24,000 bases of DNA from Candidatus Dormiibacterota bacterium (GCA_035294145.1 DATGLL010000269.1:4110-28109), one strand, 5' to 3'; shown: positions 15,607-23,808, numbered from the stretch's first letter. Notes: a model not told the origin generated them from the sequence alone. Made by a program: numbers and translations.

Positions 15607-15884
15607 GAGGTCCTGCCGACCCTGGGCCCCGTGCCGCGAGGCGGTCGGGGCGGCCAGTTCGGGCCGGGGGGCGATCCCAGCTCGAGGCGCTGCTGGCCGA
15701 CGTGGATGACCAGGGCCAGGCGATCGGGGTGGAGGCCCGCGCCCGTCGCGGGCCCTACGGCGGGAGGTGCGCCTCGCCATCGGGGCGCGATGCGCCTGGC
15801 CCGTCTGAGGGGCGTGCGCGCCGACGCGCGGCCCATGGCCACCTCGACGCTGGCGGCCTGAGGCGAGGCCGTGGGGCGGGTGCC

Positions 15885-15923
15885 GGGCCCGCTCGGGGCG
15901 GGGCCGTGGGGAGCAGCGGGCCC
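15885..15923. terminator. 9-bp perfect stem (gggcccgct / agcgggccc) with a 21-nt G-rich loop, abutting the stop of the minus-strand IMPase gene
   Basis: Positions 15885-15893 pair with 15915-15923. The last base belongs to the IMPase stop codon (cta at 15923-15925 on the + strand). There is no U-tract, so a terminator function is only an inference. Confidence 0.35.
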
Positions 15924-16702
15924 TAGGCCGGGCGCTCGGGTGAGCTGCGAAGGGCCAGCTCCACGAGCACCTCATGGATGGCCGGAGGGGCGGCCAGGAT
16001 GTCCCCGCTCTCCAGCCAGCCGTTGCCGCCCTGCCAGTCGCTGACCCGCCCTCCCACCTCCAGGACCAGGGCGGCGCCGGCCGCCACGTCCCAGGGGCCG
16101 AGGCCCAGCTCGAAGAACCCGTCGCAGGTGCCGGAGGCGGTCCACGCCAGGTCGAGCGAGGCCGCCCCCGCCCGGCGCAGGTCCTCGAATCGACGAAGGG
16201 CGCCCTCGAAAACCGGAAGGTAGCGCGGCAACAGGTGCTTCCGTCGGAAGGGGAATCCGGTGGCCACGATCGCGGTCGCCGGCTCCCCGGCGTCCAGGTC
16301 GGCGAGGCGCTCACCGTTGAGCGTGGCTCCGTGCCCTCGTTCGGCGGCGAACTCCAGGCCCAGCCAGGGAGCGATCACCACCCCCAGCACCGGCTCGCCC
16401 CGGTCGAGCAGGGCCACCGAGACGCCGACCACCGGCAGGCCGTGGATCCAGTTGGTGGTCCCGTCCAGGGGATCGACCACCCACCGGGTGCCTGAGGTGG
16501 CGCCGCCGCCCTCCTCGGCCAGCACCTGGATCCCGGGGGCCCGGCGCGCCAGCACCTCGAGGATGGCGGCCTCGCTGAACCGATCCTGCTCGGTCACGTA
16601 GTCTCCGGGCAGGGCCTTGCGCTGCCCCCGCCGCCGGCCGAGCCCTGCCCGCTGCAGGACCCTCGCCCCCGCCCGCGCTGCCTCGAGCGCGACCTCGAGC
16701 AG
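15923..16702 (-). CDS. Inositol monophosphatase family protein (SuhB/ImpA-like); proposed CTG start
   Basis: Motifs are LAEEGG, WVVDPLDGTTNW and GPWDVAAGAALV. The track ORF starts at GTG 16597, but the same frame upstream encodes LLEVALEAARAGARVLQRAG....KALPGDYVTEQD, the conserved IMPase N-terminal helices. No ATG/GTG/TTG lies between there and the frame's upstream stop near 16885. CTG 16702-16700 lies 9 nt after GGAGG and 4 nt after the upstream gene's TAG, and gives a normal 259-aa protein. Confidence 0.7.
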   Translation of the reverse strand: MLEVALEAARAGARVLQRAGLGRRRGQRKALPGDYVTEQDRFSEAAILEVLARRAPGIQVLAEEGGGATSGTRWVVDPLDGTTNWIHGLPVVGVSVALLDRGEPVLGVVIAPWLGLEFAAERGHGATLNGERLADLDAGEPATAIVATGFPFRRKHLLPRYLPVFEGALRRFEDLRRAGAASLDLAWTASGTCDGFFELGLGPWDVAAGAALVLEVGGRVSDWQGGNGWLESGDILAAPPAIHEVLVELALRSSPERPA

Positions 16703-16706
16703 GACC

Positions 16707-16988
16707 CTAGCCCTCCGCGCCGAGGCCGAACATGGCCTCGAGGTCGTGGGGGGAGAACTGCTGGAAGGCGACCATGGTCTGGGTGCGCTCGATGCCCTCG
16801 AGCTGGGCCAGCTCCCTGGTCACGACCGCGGCCAGCTCCTCGTGTTCACGGACGCGGATCATGGCGACGAAGTCCCAGTCGCCGGTCACGGTGTAGACCT
16901 CGGCCACCCCCCTGACGTCGGCCAGCTGGGGACCAAGGGTGGGCAGGGCTTCGCGCCTGGCGCGGACGAGCATGATGGCGGTGAGCAC
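16707..16988 (-). CDS. Stand-alone Lrp/AsnC-type ligand-binding (RAM) domain protein, no HTH
   Basis: The 93-aa product has the pattern AIMLVRAR....L..V.GV.EVYTVTGDWDFVAMIRV...EEL...V...L..L.GIERTQTMVAF, typical of the AsnC C-terminal domain. The upstream space (53 nt to the divergent gene) leaves no room for an HTH domain. Confidence 0.7.
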   Translation of the reverse strand: MLTAIMLVRARREALPTLGPQLADVRGVAEVYTVTGDWDFVAMIRVREHEELAAVVTRELAQLEGIERTQTMVAFQQFSPHDLEAMFGLGAEG

Positions 16989-17041
16989 GTTGCGAGTCTA
17001 CGGGTTGTGGCTCCACTGGCTGGGCTCGGAGATGGCCCCGG

Positions 17042-17728
17042 GTGCCGTATGCTGCCGCCGTGCCTCGGCTGGTGCGGGACGATCCCGACCGCCCCGATCC
17101 AGGGCTGGCGGAGCTGTACGCTTCGTTGCCGGACGCGGTCGAGCTGGAGCCATGGCTCGGCTGGTGTCGAGAGGCTGACCGGGTCCTCTACCTCGGGGTC
17201 GGGGCCGGCCGGCTCGCCGTGCCGCTCGTGCGCGCCGGCGTCCGCCTGGTCGGGGTCGACGCCCATCCGGGCATGATCGCCCACCTCCAACGGCGCCTGC
17301 CTGACCTGGAGCTGTACCTGGCCAGGATCGAGGATCTGGACCTCGGCCGCAGCTTCGACCTGGTGATGGCGCCGGCTGGCATCCTGTGCCACGCGGACCG
17401 GCTCAGGGGCGCGGCCCGCCACGCTTGCGGCCGGGTCGCGCTGGAGCTGGTCAACCCGCATTGGCTGCTGGCGGGCGCCGGGCCCGGGGTCCGGGCCCGG
17501 CGCCTGGAGGCTGGTCGGGTCGAGGTTCAGGTGTCCCACCCGGGCGGGTGGGTCGAGAGCGCGACCATCCCCCTGGTCTGGCCAGAGCAGATCGAGGCCT
17601 TCCTGGCCTCGGCTGGCCTGGAGCTGTGCCGGATGCAGGGGGACGGCGACGCTGGCCTGGAGGGGAGCCCGACCTTCTATGTGCTCGCCGCCAGGCGGGC
17701 ACGGAGGGCCAGGATGCCGTCGACGTAG
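17042..17728 (+). CDS. Class I SAM-dependent methyltransferase (substrate unknown)
   Basis: Carries motif I VLYLGVGAGRLAVPLV, then an acidic residue in VGVDAHPGM, then the post-I/II region FDLVMAP. Start choice is uncertain. Confidence 0.6.
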   Translation: MPYAAAVPRLVRDDPDRPDPGLAELYASLPDAVELEPWLGWCREADRVLYLGVGAGRLAVPLVRAGVRLVGVDAHPGMIAHLQRRLPDLELYLARIEDLDLGRSFDLVMAPAGILCHADRLRGAARHACGRVALELVNPHWLLAGAGPGVRARRLEAGRVEVQVSHPGGWVESATIPLVWPEQIEAFLASAGLELCRMQGDGDAGLEGSPTFYVLAARRARRARMPST

Positions 17729-18501
17729 TTGCGGCTGCTCGGGTAGATGCCGTACTGCCTGGTTGCCGCCTCTCCCTGGTAGTAGGCGGCCAGCGCCAGC
17801 CTGGCGTCGCCGTTGAAGTCGTCGAGGTAGTGCCGCAGCAGCGCCGCCCCCAGCAGGGCGTTGTCCCAGGCCAGGTAGATGTCGACCGGGCGTCCCAGCA
17901 GAGCTGGCCCTGCCCAGGCAGCGGTGGAGGGCAGGATCTGCATCAGTCCGATTGCCCCGTCTCGGGAGATCATCGAGTTGTTGTAGCCGCTCTCCCATAG
18001 GGACACCGCCAGCACCAGGTTGGGATCGACCCCCTCCTGGTCGGCCGCCTGCACCAGCAGCTTCCGTGCCGCGGCGCCGCTGACGGCCTCGGGCACGCGC
18101 TGGGCGCTGAGGTGGAGGACCTGACCGGGCAGCAGGTGTCGGGGGTCGGAGATGCCGTTGAGCTGCGCCAGCTCGGCGACGGACACCCCGAACCGCTGCC
18201 CGATCGTCCACAGGGTGTCGCCCGGACGGACGGTGTAGGCGACGGCCGAGGCGGGAGGGGCTGGGGCAGGGGGGGCGAGGGTGAGCCGTTGGCCCGCCAG
18301 GATGCGGTCGGGGTCGGCGATCCCGTTCTCGCGGCTGAGCTGATCGATGGGGATGCCGGTTCGCTGGGAGATCCCCCACAAGGTGTCGCCAGGCCGCACG
18401 GTGTAGGCCTGGGCGGGACGGGCGCTCCACAGGACGCCGGCCATGGTGAGCGGGAACGCTATCAAGAAATGCAACCTGGTCATGAAGGGTAAAGCTGTCA
18501 T
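17677..18501 (-). CDS. Secreted LysM-LysM-SLT lytic transglycosylase
   Basis: A signal-peptide-like N-terminus ends in ARPAQA. Two LysM repeats are present (YTVRPGDTLWGISQRTGI..., YTVRPGDTLWTIGQRFGV...). The SLT domain has SLWESGYN (catalytic Glu) and AIGLMQI. An alternative ATG lies at 18483. The 3' end overlaps the convergent methyltransferase by 52 nt. Confidence 0.8.
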   Translation of the reverse strand: MTALPFMTRLHFLIAFPLTMAGVLWSARPAQAYTVRPGDTLWGISQRTGIPIDQLSRENGIADPDRILAGQRLTLAPPAPAPPASAVAYTVRPGDTLWTIGQRFGVSVAELAQLNGISDPRHLLPGQVLHLSAQRVPEAVSGAAARKLLVQAADQEGVDPNLVLAVSLWESGYNNSMISRDGAIGLMQILPSTAAWAGPALLGRPVDIYLAWDNALLGAALLRHYLDDFNGDARLALAAYYQGEAATRQYGIYPSSRNYVDGILALRARLAAST

Positions 18502-18603
18502 TTATCTCTGAGAAAATCAACATCTCAATATCAGGAAGTAACACAGGAGGTAGGGGGAGAAAGACCTGCCTCCCTGCCGGGCCGGCGGCGGGAGAGGGGA
18601 TCG

Positions 18604-18612
18604 TGGTACCCT
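18604..18612 (+). promoter_or_regulatory. Candidate extended -10 (TGgTACCCT) 9 nt upstream of the ylxM TTG
   Basis: Matches TGnTAnnnT. It lies in the divergent spacer 18502-18621, whose 5' half is the only clearly AT-rich patch in the window. Confidence 0.25.
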
Positions 18613-18621
18613 TGTTAAGGC

Positions 18622-18954
18622 TTGAGCCTTGACAGCCTGTCGTCACGACAGCGGCAGGTGGAGCTGTTCGAGCAGTACGGGCCCCTGCTCACTGAGCAGC
18701 AGCGGGAGGTCCTCGAGCTCTACCTTCGCCGTGATTGGTCGCTCTCCGAGATCGCGCGCAGCCGCGAGACCTCCAGGGCCGCGGTTCACGACCTCGTGCG
18801 CCGCGCCGGCCAGGCCCTGGAGGAGTACGAGAGTCGCCTTGGCCTCCTGGCGGCCGAGGAGCGACGCCGAGCGGTTCGGGCGTCGCTGGCACGCGAGCTG
18901 GGGGAGATCCGTCGGTGGCTGGCGCGACTTGAGCAGGAGGTGAGCCGCGCCTGA
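18622..18954 (+). CDS. ylxM: YlxM/UPF0122 small HTH protein encoded upstream of ffh
   Basis: Carries LFEQYGPLLTEQQREVLELYLRRDWSLSEIA....SRAAVHDLVRRA (sigma-70 region-4-like HTH). The stop overlaps the ffh ATG (TGATG). The TTG 18622 start is uncertain; GTG 18658 is the alternative. Confidence 0.75.
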   Translation: MSLDSLSSRQRQVELFEQYGPLLTEQQREVLELYLRRDWSLSEIARSRETSRAAVHDLVRRAGQALEEYESRLGLLAAEERRRAVRASLARELGEIRRWLARLEQEVSRA

Positions 18955-20288
18955 TGTTCGAGAGCCTGAGCGACCGGCTGAGCGCCACCCTCCGAAAGCT
19001 CGGCGGCCGGGGGGTCCTGCGGGTCGAGGACGTGGACGCCGCCCTCCGTGACGTCCGGATGGCCCTGCTCGAGGCGGACGTCAACTATCGGGTGGTCAAG
19101 CAGTTCGTGGAGCGGGTCCGCTCCCGCATGGTGGGGGCCGAGGTCAGCCAGAGCCTGACCCCGACCCAGCAGGTGATCAAGGTGGTGCACGAGGAGCTGA
19201 TCGAGCTCTTGGGCGCCAACGACCGGGGCCTGACCTACGCCGACCGGCCCCCGACGGTCATCCTGCTGGCCGGGCTCCAGGGCTCGGGCAAGACGACCAC
19301 GGCGGTCAAGCTGGCCCACCTGGCCCGGAGCGAGGGCCACCGCCCGATGGTGGTGGGGCTCGACCTGCGTCGGCCGGCGGCGGTGGAGCAGCTCCGGGTG
19401 CTGGCGGAGCGCGAGCGCATCGCCTTCCACACCGGCCAGGGGGTGCCGGAGGCGATCGCGCGGGAGGCGCTGGCCGCCGCCGAGCGGGAGGGTTGCGACC
19501 TGGTCGTGCTCGACACCGCGGGCCGCCACGCGGCCGAGGCCGAGCTGATGGAGGAGATCCGTCGTATCCGTGAGGCGGTTCCGGTGACGGAGTCGTTCCT
19601 GGTCGCGGACGCCATGACCGGCCAGGAGGCGGTCACGGTCGGGGCCGCCTTCCACGAGGCGGTCGGGATCGACGGGGTGATCCTCACCAAGTTGGACGGC
19701 GACGCCCGTGGGGGGGCGGCGCTCTCGCTCAAGTTCGTCACCGGCCAGACGGTTCGGTTCGCCGGGGTGGGTGAGAAGGTCGGGGACCTGGAGGTCTTCC
19801 GCGCCGATCGTATGGCCTCGCGAATCCTGGGCATGGGCGACGTGCTCACCTTGATCGAGCGGGCCGAACGGGTGGTCGATCGCCAGGAGGCGCAACGGGT
19901 GGAGAGGCACCTGCGCTCCGGGCACCTGACCTTTGACGATTTCCTCGTCCAGCTTCGGCAGTTGCGCAGCATGGGCTCGTTCCAGAGCGTGCTGGAGATG
20001 CTGCCCGGGACAGCTCAGCTCAAGGGTCAGCTGGAGGAGGCGGACCCCGAGGCCGAGATCCGCAAGATGGAGGCCATCATCCTCTCCATGACCCGAGCCG
20101 AGCGGGCTCGACCGGAGATCATCGACGGCTCGCGTCGGCGGCGGATCGCCGCCGGGAGCGGCACCCGGGTGTCGGACGTGAACCGACTGCTCAAGGCCCG
20201 TGAGCAGATGCAGCTGATGGCCCGGCAGCTTGGCCTGGGAGGCGGCGCCGGCCGTCGGCGTCCCTGGCTCGGCCGCCTCTTCGGTTGA
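18954..20288 (+). CDS. ffh: Signal recognition particle protein Ffh
   Basis: N-terminus is [10 protein letters not shown]. GTPase motifs are [15 protein letters not shown] and [10 protein letters not shown]. The M domain has GMGD and Met-rich helices. Length is 444 aa. Confidence 0.95.
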   Translation: MFESLSDRLSATLRKLGGRGVLRVEDVDAALRDVRMALLEADVNYRVVKQFVERVRSRMVGAEVSQSLTPTQQVIKVVHEELIELLGANDRGLTYADRPPTVILLAGLQGSGKTTTAVKLAHLARSEGHRPMVVGLDLRRPAAVEQLRVLAERERIAFHTGQGVPEAIAREALAAAEREGCDLVVLDTAGRHAAEAELMEEIRRIREAVPVTESFLVADAMTGQEAVTVGAAFHEAVGIDGVILTKLDGDARGGAALSLKFVTGQTVRFAGVGEKVGDLEVFRADRMASRILGMGDVLTLIERAERVVDRQEAQRVERHLRSGHLTFDDFLVQLRQLRSMGSFQSVLEMLPGTAQLKGQLEEADPEAEIRKMEAIILSMTRAERARPEIIDGSRRRRIAAGSGTRVSDVNRLLKAREQMQLMARQLGLGGGAGRRRPWLGRLFG

Positions 20289-20350
20289 GGGCGGGGAACC
20301 CCGACGGGCTATCGTGCGCACCATTTCCCACGCAAGGAGGTACCAACGGA

Positions 20351-20638
20351 TTGGTCAAGATCAGGCTGAGGCGGATGGGGGCCAAGCGGCGGCCCTTCTA
20401 CCGTCTGGTGGTCGCGGACGCTCGTTCGCCCCGCGACGGCAGGTTCATCGAGCAGGTGGGCTACTACAACCCGTTGACCGAGCCCGCCACCCTCAAGATC
20501 GACGAGGAGAAGGTGATGCTGTGGCTGAACCGGGGGGCGCAGCCCTCGGAGGCCGCTCGCACGCTCCTCAGGAGGGAGGGCATCCTTGAGCGCTATGCAG
20601 CGTCGAGAAAGTCCGGATCGGCCGCCGTTCAGGCGTAG
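20351..20638 (+). CDS. rpsP: 30S ribosomal protein S16
   Basis: TTG 20351 lies 10 nt after AAGGAGG (20334-20340) and gives [41 protein letters not shown], the canonical S16 N-terminus. The track start at 20285 is too early. Confidence 0.9.
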   Translation: MVKIRLRRMGAKRRPFYRLVVADARSPRDGRFIEQVGYYNPLTEPATLKIDEEKVMLWLNRGAQPSEAARTLLRREGILERYAASRKSGSAAVQA

Positions 20639-20954
20639 CGGTTACGGGGGCGGATTCCGAGGAGGGCGCGACGGCAGCTTCCGTCGACCGTACTCGGACC
20701 GTCCCGGCATCGACTATCGTGCCCTGGTCGAGTTCGTCGCCAAGTCGGTGGCGGACCGGCCGGAGCAGGTCGAGGTGCATTCGGTGGATCGAGGCCGTGG
20801 CACCATCGCGATCAAGGTGCGCATGGCCGACGAGGACCTGGGGCGCCTGATCGGCAAGGCAGGCCGCAACATCGAGGCGCTGAGGACCTTGGTGCGGGTG
20901 GCGTCACTGCGCGAGCGCAGGCGGGTCTTCGTGGATCTGGCGACGGGACGCTGA
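20586..20954 (+). CDS. KH-domain RNA-binding protein (YlqC/UPF0109 family) with an Arg/Gly-rich N-terminal extension
   Basis: The C-terminal ~80 aa match the family ([18 protein letters not shown]...[16 protein letters not shown], with the GxxG loop). TTG 20586 lies 5 nt after GGAGGGAGGG (20571-20580), so the gene overlaps the rpsP 3' end by 53 nt. Confidence 0.75.
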   Translation: MSAMQRRESPDRPPFRRSGYGGGFRGGRDGSFRRPYSDRPGIDYRALVEFVAKSVADRPEQVEVHSVDRGRGTIAIKVRMADEDLGRLIGKAGRNIEALRTLVRVASLRERRRVFVDLATGR

Positions 20955-20963
20955 GCGACGCTC

Positions 20964-21455
20964 ATGGTCCGGGTCGGGCTCATCCTGGGGGCGTTCGGAG
21001 TCGAAGGAGCCGTCAAGGTCTCCCCCTTGACGGATTTCCCGGATCGGTTCGCACCCGGCGCTGAGCTGTGCCTGGACGGTCGCCGGCTCCGGGTCGAGTG
21101 GGGTCGATCCCATCCGGCCTGGATGGTGGTCAAGCTCCAGGGGCTCGACGACCGTACCGCTGCGGAGGCGGTCCAGGGCCGCTACCTGGAGGTGCCGGAG
21201 GAGGAGGTGCGTCCCCTCCCCGAGGGCGTCTGGTATCACCACGACCTGGTGGGGCTCTCGGTGAGCACGGCCGGGGGCCGTGAGCTGGGAACCCTGGCCG
21301 AGGTGTGGCCGATGCCGGCCAACGACGTCTGGGTGGCGCGGGAGGACGGCCAGGAGCACCTGATCCCGGCCGTTCGCGAAGCGGTGCTCGAGGTCGACCT
21401 CGAGCACCGCCGCGTGACCGTGGCGGACTGGATCCTGGACGTGGAGGAGGCCTGA
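20964..21455 (+). CDS. rimM: 16S rRNA processing protein RimM
   Basis: N-terminus is VGLILGAFGVEGAVKV.PLTDFPDRF, with a PRC-barrel C-terminal half (LIPAV.E.V.EVDLE.RRVTV). It sits in the canonical position between the KH protein and trmD. Confidence 0.85.
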   Translation: MVRVGLILGAFGVEGAVKVSPLTDFPDRFAPGAELCLDGRRLRVEWGRSHPAWMVVKLQGLDDRTAAEAVQGRYLEVPEEEVRPLPEGVWYHHDLVGLSVSTAGGRELGTLAEVWPMPANDVWVAREDGQEHLIPAVREAVLEVDLEHRRVTVADWILDVEEA

Positions 21456-21466
21456 GCGACCCGGCT

Positions 21467-22156
21467 GTGAGGTTCGACGTCATCACCATCTTCCCCGAGC
21501 TCTTCGAGCCGGTCTTTGCCCACGGCGTGGTCGGACGCGCGATCCGGCGCGGGCTGGTCACGTTGCAGGTGCACGACCTCCGGGCCTTCGCCACCGACCG
21601 CCATCATCAGGTGGACGACGCCCCCTTCGGTGGCGGCCCCGGCATGGTGCTGAAGCCAGAGCCCATCTTCGCTGCCGTGGAGGCGGTCCGGCCCGAGAAC
21701 CCGGGGCCGGTGGTCCTGCTCGAGCCCTGGGGGGAGCGGCTGCACCAGGGGATGGCCAGGACCCTGGCCCGTGAACCGGGCCTGATCATCATCTGTGGCC
21801 GCTACGAGGGGGTGGACGATCGCGTTCGTCAGGCCCTCGCTGACTGCGAGATCTCGATCGGGGACTATATCCTGAGCGGCGGCGAGCTCCCGGCCATGGT
21901 GTTGATCGATGTCGTGGCCCGCCTCGTCCCCGGGGTCCTGGGGGACGAGGCCTCGCTGGCCCACGACGCCTTCGGCTCCGAGCAGGGTGGGTATCCGCAG
22001 TTCACCCGGCCTGCGGAATGGCGTGGCCTACGCGTTCCGGACGTGCTCCTCTCGGGCGATCATGCGGCCATCGACCGCTGGCGCCGTGAGCATGCCCGAG
22101 GCGGGAGGGGGGCCGCCGTCAACCGTGAACATGGACGAGGACTGAGACCAGCATGA
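21467..22156 (+). CDS. trmD: tRNA (guanine37-N1)-methyltransferase TrmD
   Basis: GTG 21467 gives [16 protein letters not shown]. Also present are [31 protein letters not shown] and [22 protein letters not shown]. The stop overlaps the rplS ATG (ATGA). Confidence 0.9.
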   Translation: MRFDVITIFPELFEPVFAHGVVGRAIRRGLVTLQVHDLRAFATDRHHQVDDAPFGGGPGMVLKPEPIFAAVEAVRPENPGPVVLLEPWGERLHQGMARTLAREPGLIIICGRYEGVDDRVRQALADCEISIGDYILSGGELPAMVLIDVVARLVPGVLGDEASLAHDAFGSEQGGYPQFTRPAEWRGLRVPDVLLSGDHAAIDRWRREHARGGRGAAVNREHGRGLRPA

Positions 22157-22581
22157 ACGTGATCGATCAGATCGAGCGAGAGCAGCAACGGGAGGTCGTG
22201 CCCGAACTCCGCCCTGGGGACACGGTGCGCGTCCACGCCAGGGTGGTCGAGGGGACGCGGGAGCGGGTCCAGGTCTTCGAGGGCCTGGTCATCAGGGTCG
22301 CCGGCAGCGGCCTTCGCCGCAGCTTCACCGTCCGGCGCGTCACCCACGGCGTCGGCGTCGAGCGCACCTTCCTGGTCCACTCGCCCCGGGTCGAGAAGGT
22401 GGAGGTCGTCCGGCACGGCCGGGTGCGGCAGGCCCGCCTCTACTACCTGCGCGGACGGGTGGGCAAGGCGGCTCGGATCAAGGAGCGGCGCGACGAGCCG
22501 ACGGGGTCGAAAGCGGAGGCGCTGCGGGCCCGTCAGGCCCGGGCGGCGGCCGAGCCGGAGGCCGAGCCCGAGGAGCAGTGA
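22153..22581 (+). CDS. rplS: 50S ribosomal protein L19 (with ~27-aa charged C-terminal tail)
   Basis: Carries [28 protein letters not shown]....G..RSFTVRR...[18 protein letters not shown]. Confidence 0.9.
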   Translation: MNVIDQIEREQQREVVPELRPGDTVRVHARVVEGTRERVQVFEGLVIRVAGSGLRRSFTVRRVTHGVGVERTFLVHSPRVEKVEVVRHGRVRQARLYYLRGRVGKAARIKERRDEPTGSKAEALRARQARAAAEPEAEPEEQ

Positions 22582-22612
22582 GCCACGGCGCCGGGGAAGG
22601 TGACGACCCTCG

Positions 22613-22630
22613 CTCGGCCGGGTGGCCGGG
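22613..22630 (+). terminator. Weak candidate hairpin 32 nt after the rplS stop
   Basis: ctcggcc-gggt-ggccggg forms a 7-bp stem including one G.U. No U-tract follows. Confidence 0.25.
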
Positions 22631-22821
22631 AGTGGGGGGGCATCGGGCCCCCGCCTGGGCGAGCTCGGGCGTGACCTCGCCGCGTGGCTTGGCCCTCGCC
22701 GACGCTGCTGCCCATCCCGGGCGAGCCCGCCCTCGTGGCCGCCCGGCTGAGCCCCGACCGTAGCTCTGGACCCTCCCTTGTGAGAACCCGCCGACGCCCT
22801 CGACGCCCCGGGCTCTGGTCC

Positions 22822-23478
22822 ATGGAGCGCCTCGCGTGGGAGATGGGGCATCGGCACGTGGCCGGCGTCGACGAGGTGGGCCTGGGGCCGCTGGCCGGCC
22901 CGGTCGTCGCCGCCGCGGTCATCCTCCCGGCCGGGGCCCAGCTGCCGGGCCTCGATGACTCCAAGCGGCTCTCTCCGACCAAGCGCGAGCGGCTGGAGGT
23001 GCTGATTCGCCGGCGGGCCGTCGCCTGCGCGGTGCATGCCGTGGCCCCCGAGGTGGTCGACGAGATGGGCCTGACCCGAGCCCGGCAGCTGGCCATGAGC
23101 GGGGCCGTGGCCAAGCTGGAGGTGCCGGCTGACTACCTGCTGGTGGACGCCTGGGAGGTGCCCGACCTCCCGCTGCCGCAGATGTGCGTCGTCAAAGGCG
23201 ATGGGATCTGCGCCTCGATCATGGCCGCGAGCGTGATCGCCAAGGTCCACCGCGATCGGCTGATGGTCGAGTACGACCGGCAGTACCCTGGCTACGGCTT
23301 CGCCGTCCACAAGGGCTACGGCACGGCCGCTCACCTGCGCGCCCTGGCCGAGCTGGGGCCGGCCCCCATCCACCGGAGGTCGTGGGCGCCGGTCCGTGCC
23401 CTGGCTGCCGCCAGGGGAGGGGCAGGAGGTTGTGAGCCGGAGGGAGGCGCCGTGCCACCTTCAGGGCTCGGTCGGTGA
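22822..23478 (+). CDS. rnhB: Ribonuclease HII
   Basis: Carries VAGVDEVGLGPLAGPVVAAAVIL, LDDSKRLSPTKRE, KGDG.C.SI.AAS and HKGYGT..H. ATG 22822 gives 218 aa. In-frame upstream starts (GTG 22780, GTG 22684) cannot be excluded. Confidence 0.85.
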   Translation: MERLAWEMGHRHVAGVDEVGLGPLAGPVVAAAVILPAGAQLPGLDDSKRLSPTKRERLEVLIRRRAVACAVHAVAPEVVDEMGLTRARQLAMSGAVAKLEVPADYLLVDAWEVPDLPLPQMCVVKGDGICASIMAASVIAKVHRDRLMVEYDRQYPGYGFAVHKGYGTAAHLRALAELGPAPIHRRSWAPVRALAAARGGAGGCEPEGGAVPPSGLGR

Positions 23479-23492
23479 GGGGCCGCGTCCAT

Positions 23493-23808
23493 ATGAACCT
23501 GAACGATGGGCCGAGCAACCGGGCGTGTCGGATCCCACCGCCCGTCGCTGGCTCAAGGCCGGTCGGCTGCCGGTCCCGGCCCGGAGGGTCGGTCGGCTGA
23601 TCCTGGTCGAGGCCCAACGTGACCGCGATGCTGGCGTCGGCAGGGCGGCGGATGCCCGCGTCTCATCGGCCGATCAGGCGGCTGAGTGGGACCGGCAGGT
23701 GGCGCGGGGGAGCGCTTGGGGGAGCCCGGCTTGACGGTCGGTGGGGTGGTGACCGAACGAAGCCGGCTTGGGGACCTCAGGGGTCCGGTGGGGGTTGACA
23801 ACAGCTGA
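23493..23808 (+). pseudogene. Decayed, truncated IS607-family serine-recombinase transposase (tnpA) relic
   Basis: ATG 23493 encodes MNLN, then a 1-nt loss relative to the neighbouring copy. Frame +2 continues (E)RWAEQPGVSDPTARRWLKAGRLPVPARRVGRLILVE....ARVSSADQ..EWDRQVAR, i.e. an HTH plus the catalytic YARVSSxDQ / DLDRQ-type motifs. TGA at 23732-23734 interrupts it, and a further shifted frame reads GLTVGGVVTE... up to TGA 23806-23808. Only about 100 of the ~190-200 codons remain. Confidence 0.6.

Noticed and set aside
15873-15911. A G-quadruplex-type motif (at least four G3+ tracts with short loops) in the convergent spacer.
   Set aside because: Such motifs are very frequent in genomes this GC-rich, and nothing singles this one out. 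It is mentioned only within the description of the spacer.
18637-18651. A perfect 15-nt palindrome, ctgtcgtCacgacag, next to a TTGACA hexamer at the ylxM 5' end. I considered it as an operator or regulatory hairpin.
   Set aside because: A 7-bp inverted repeat with a 1-nt centre is expected about once or more by chance in 24 kb, and more often at this GC content. It probably lies inside the ylxM coding sequence, and no -10 element sits at the right distance from the TTGACA.
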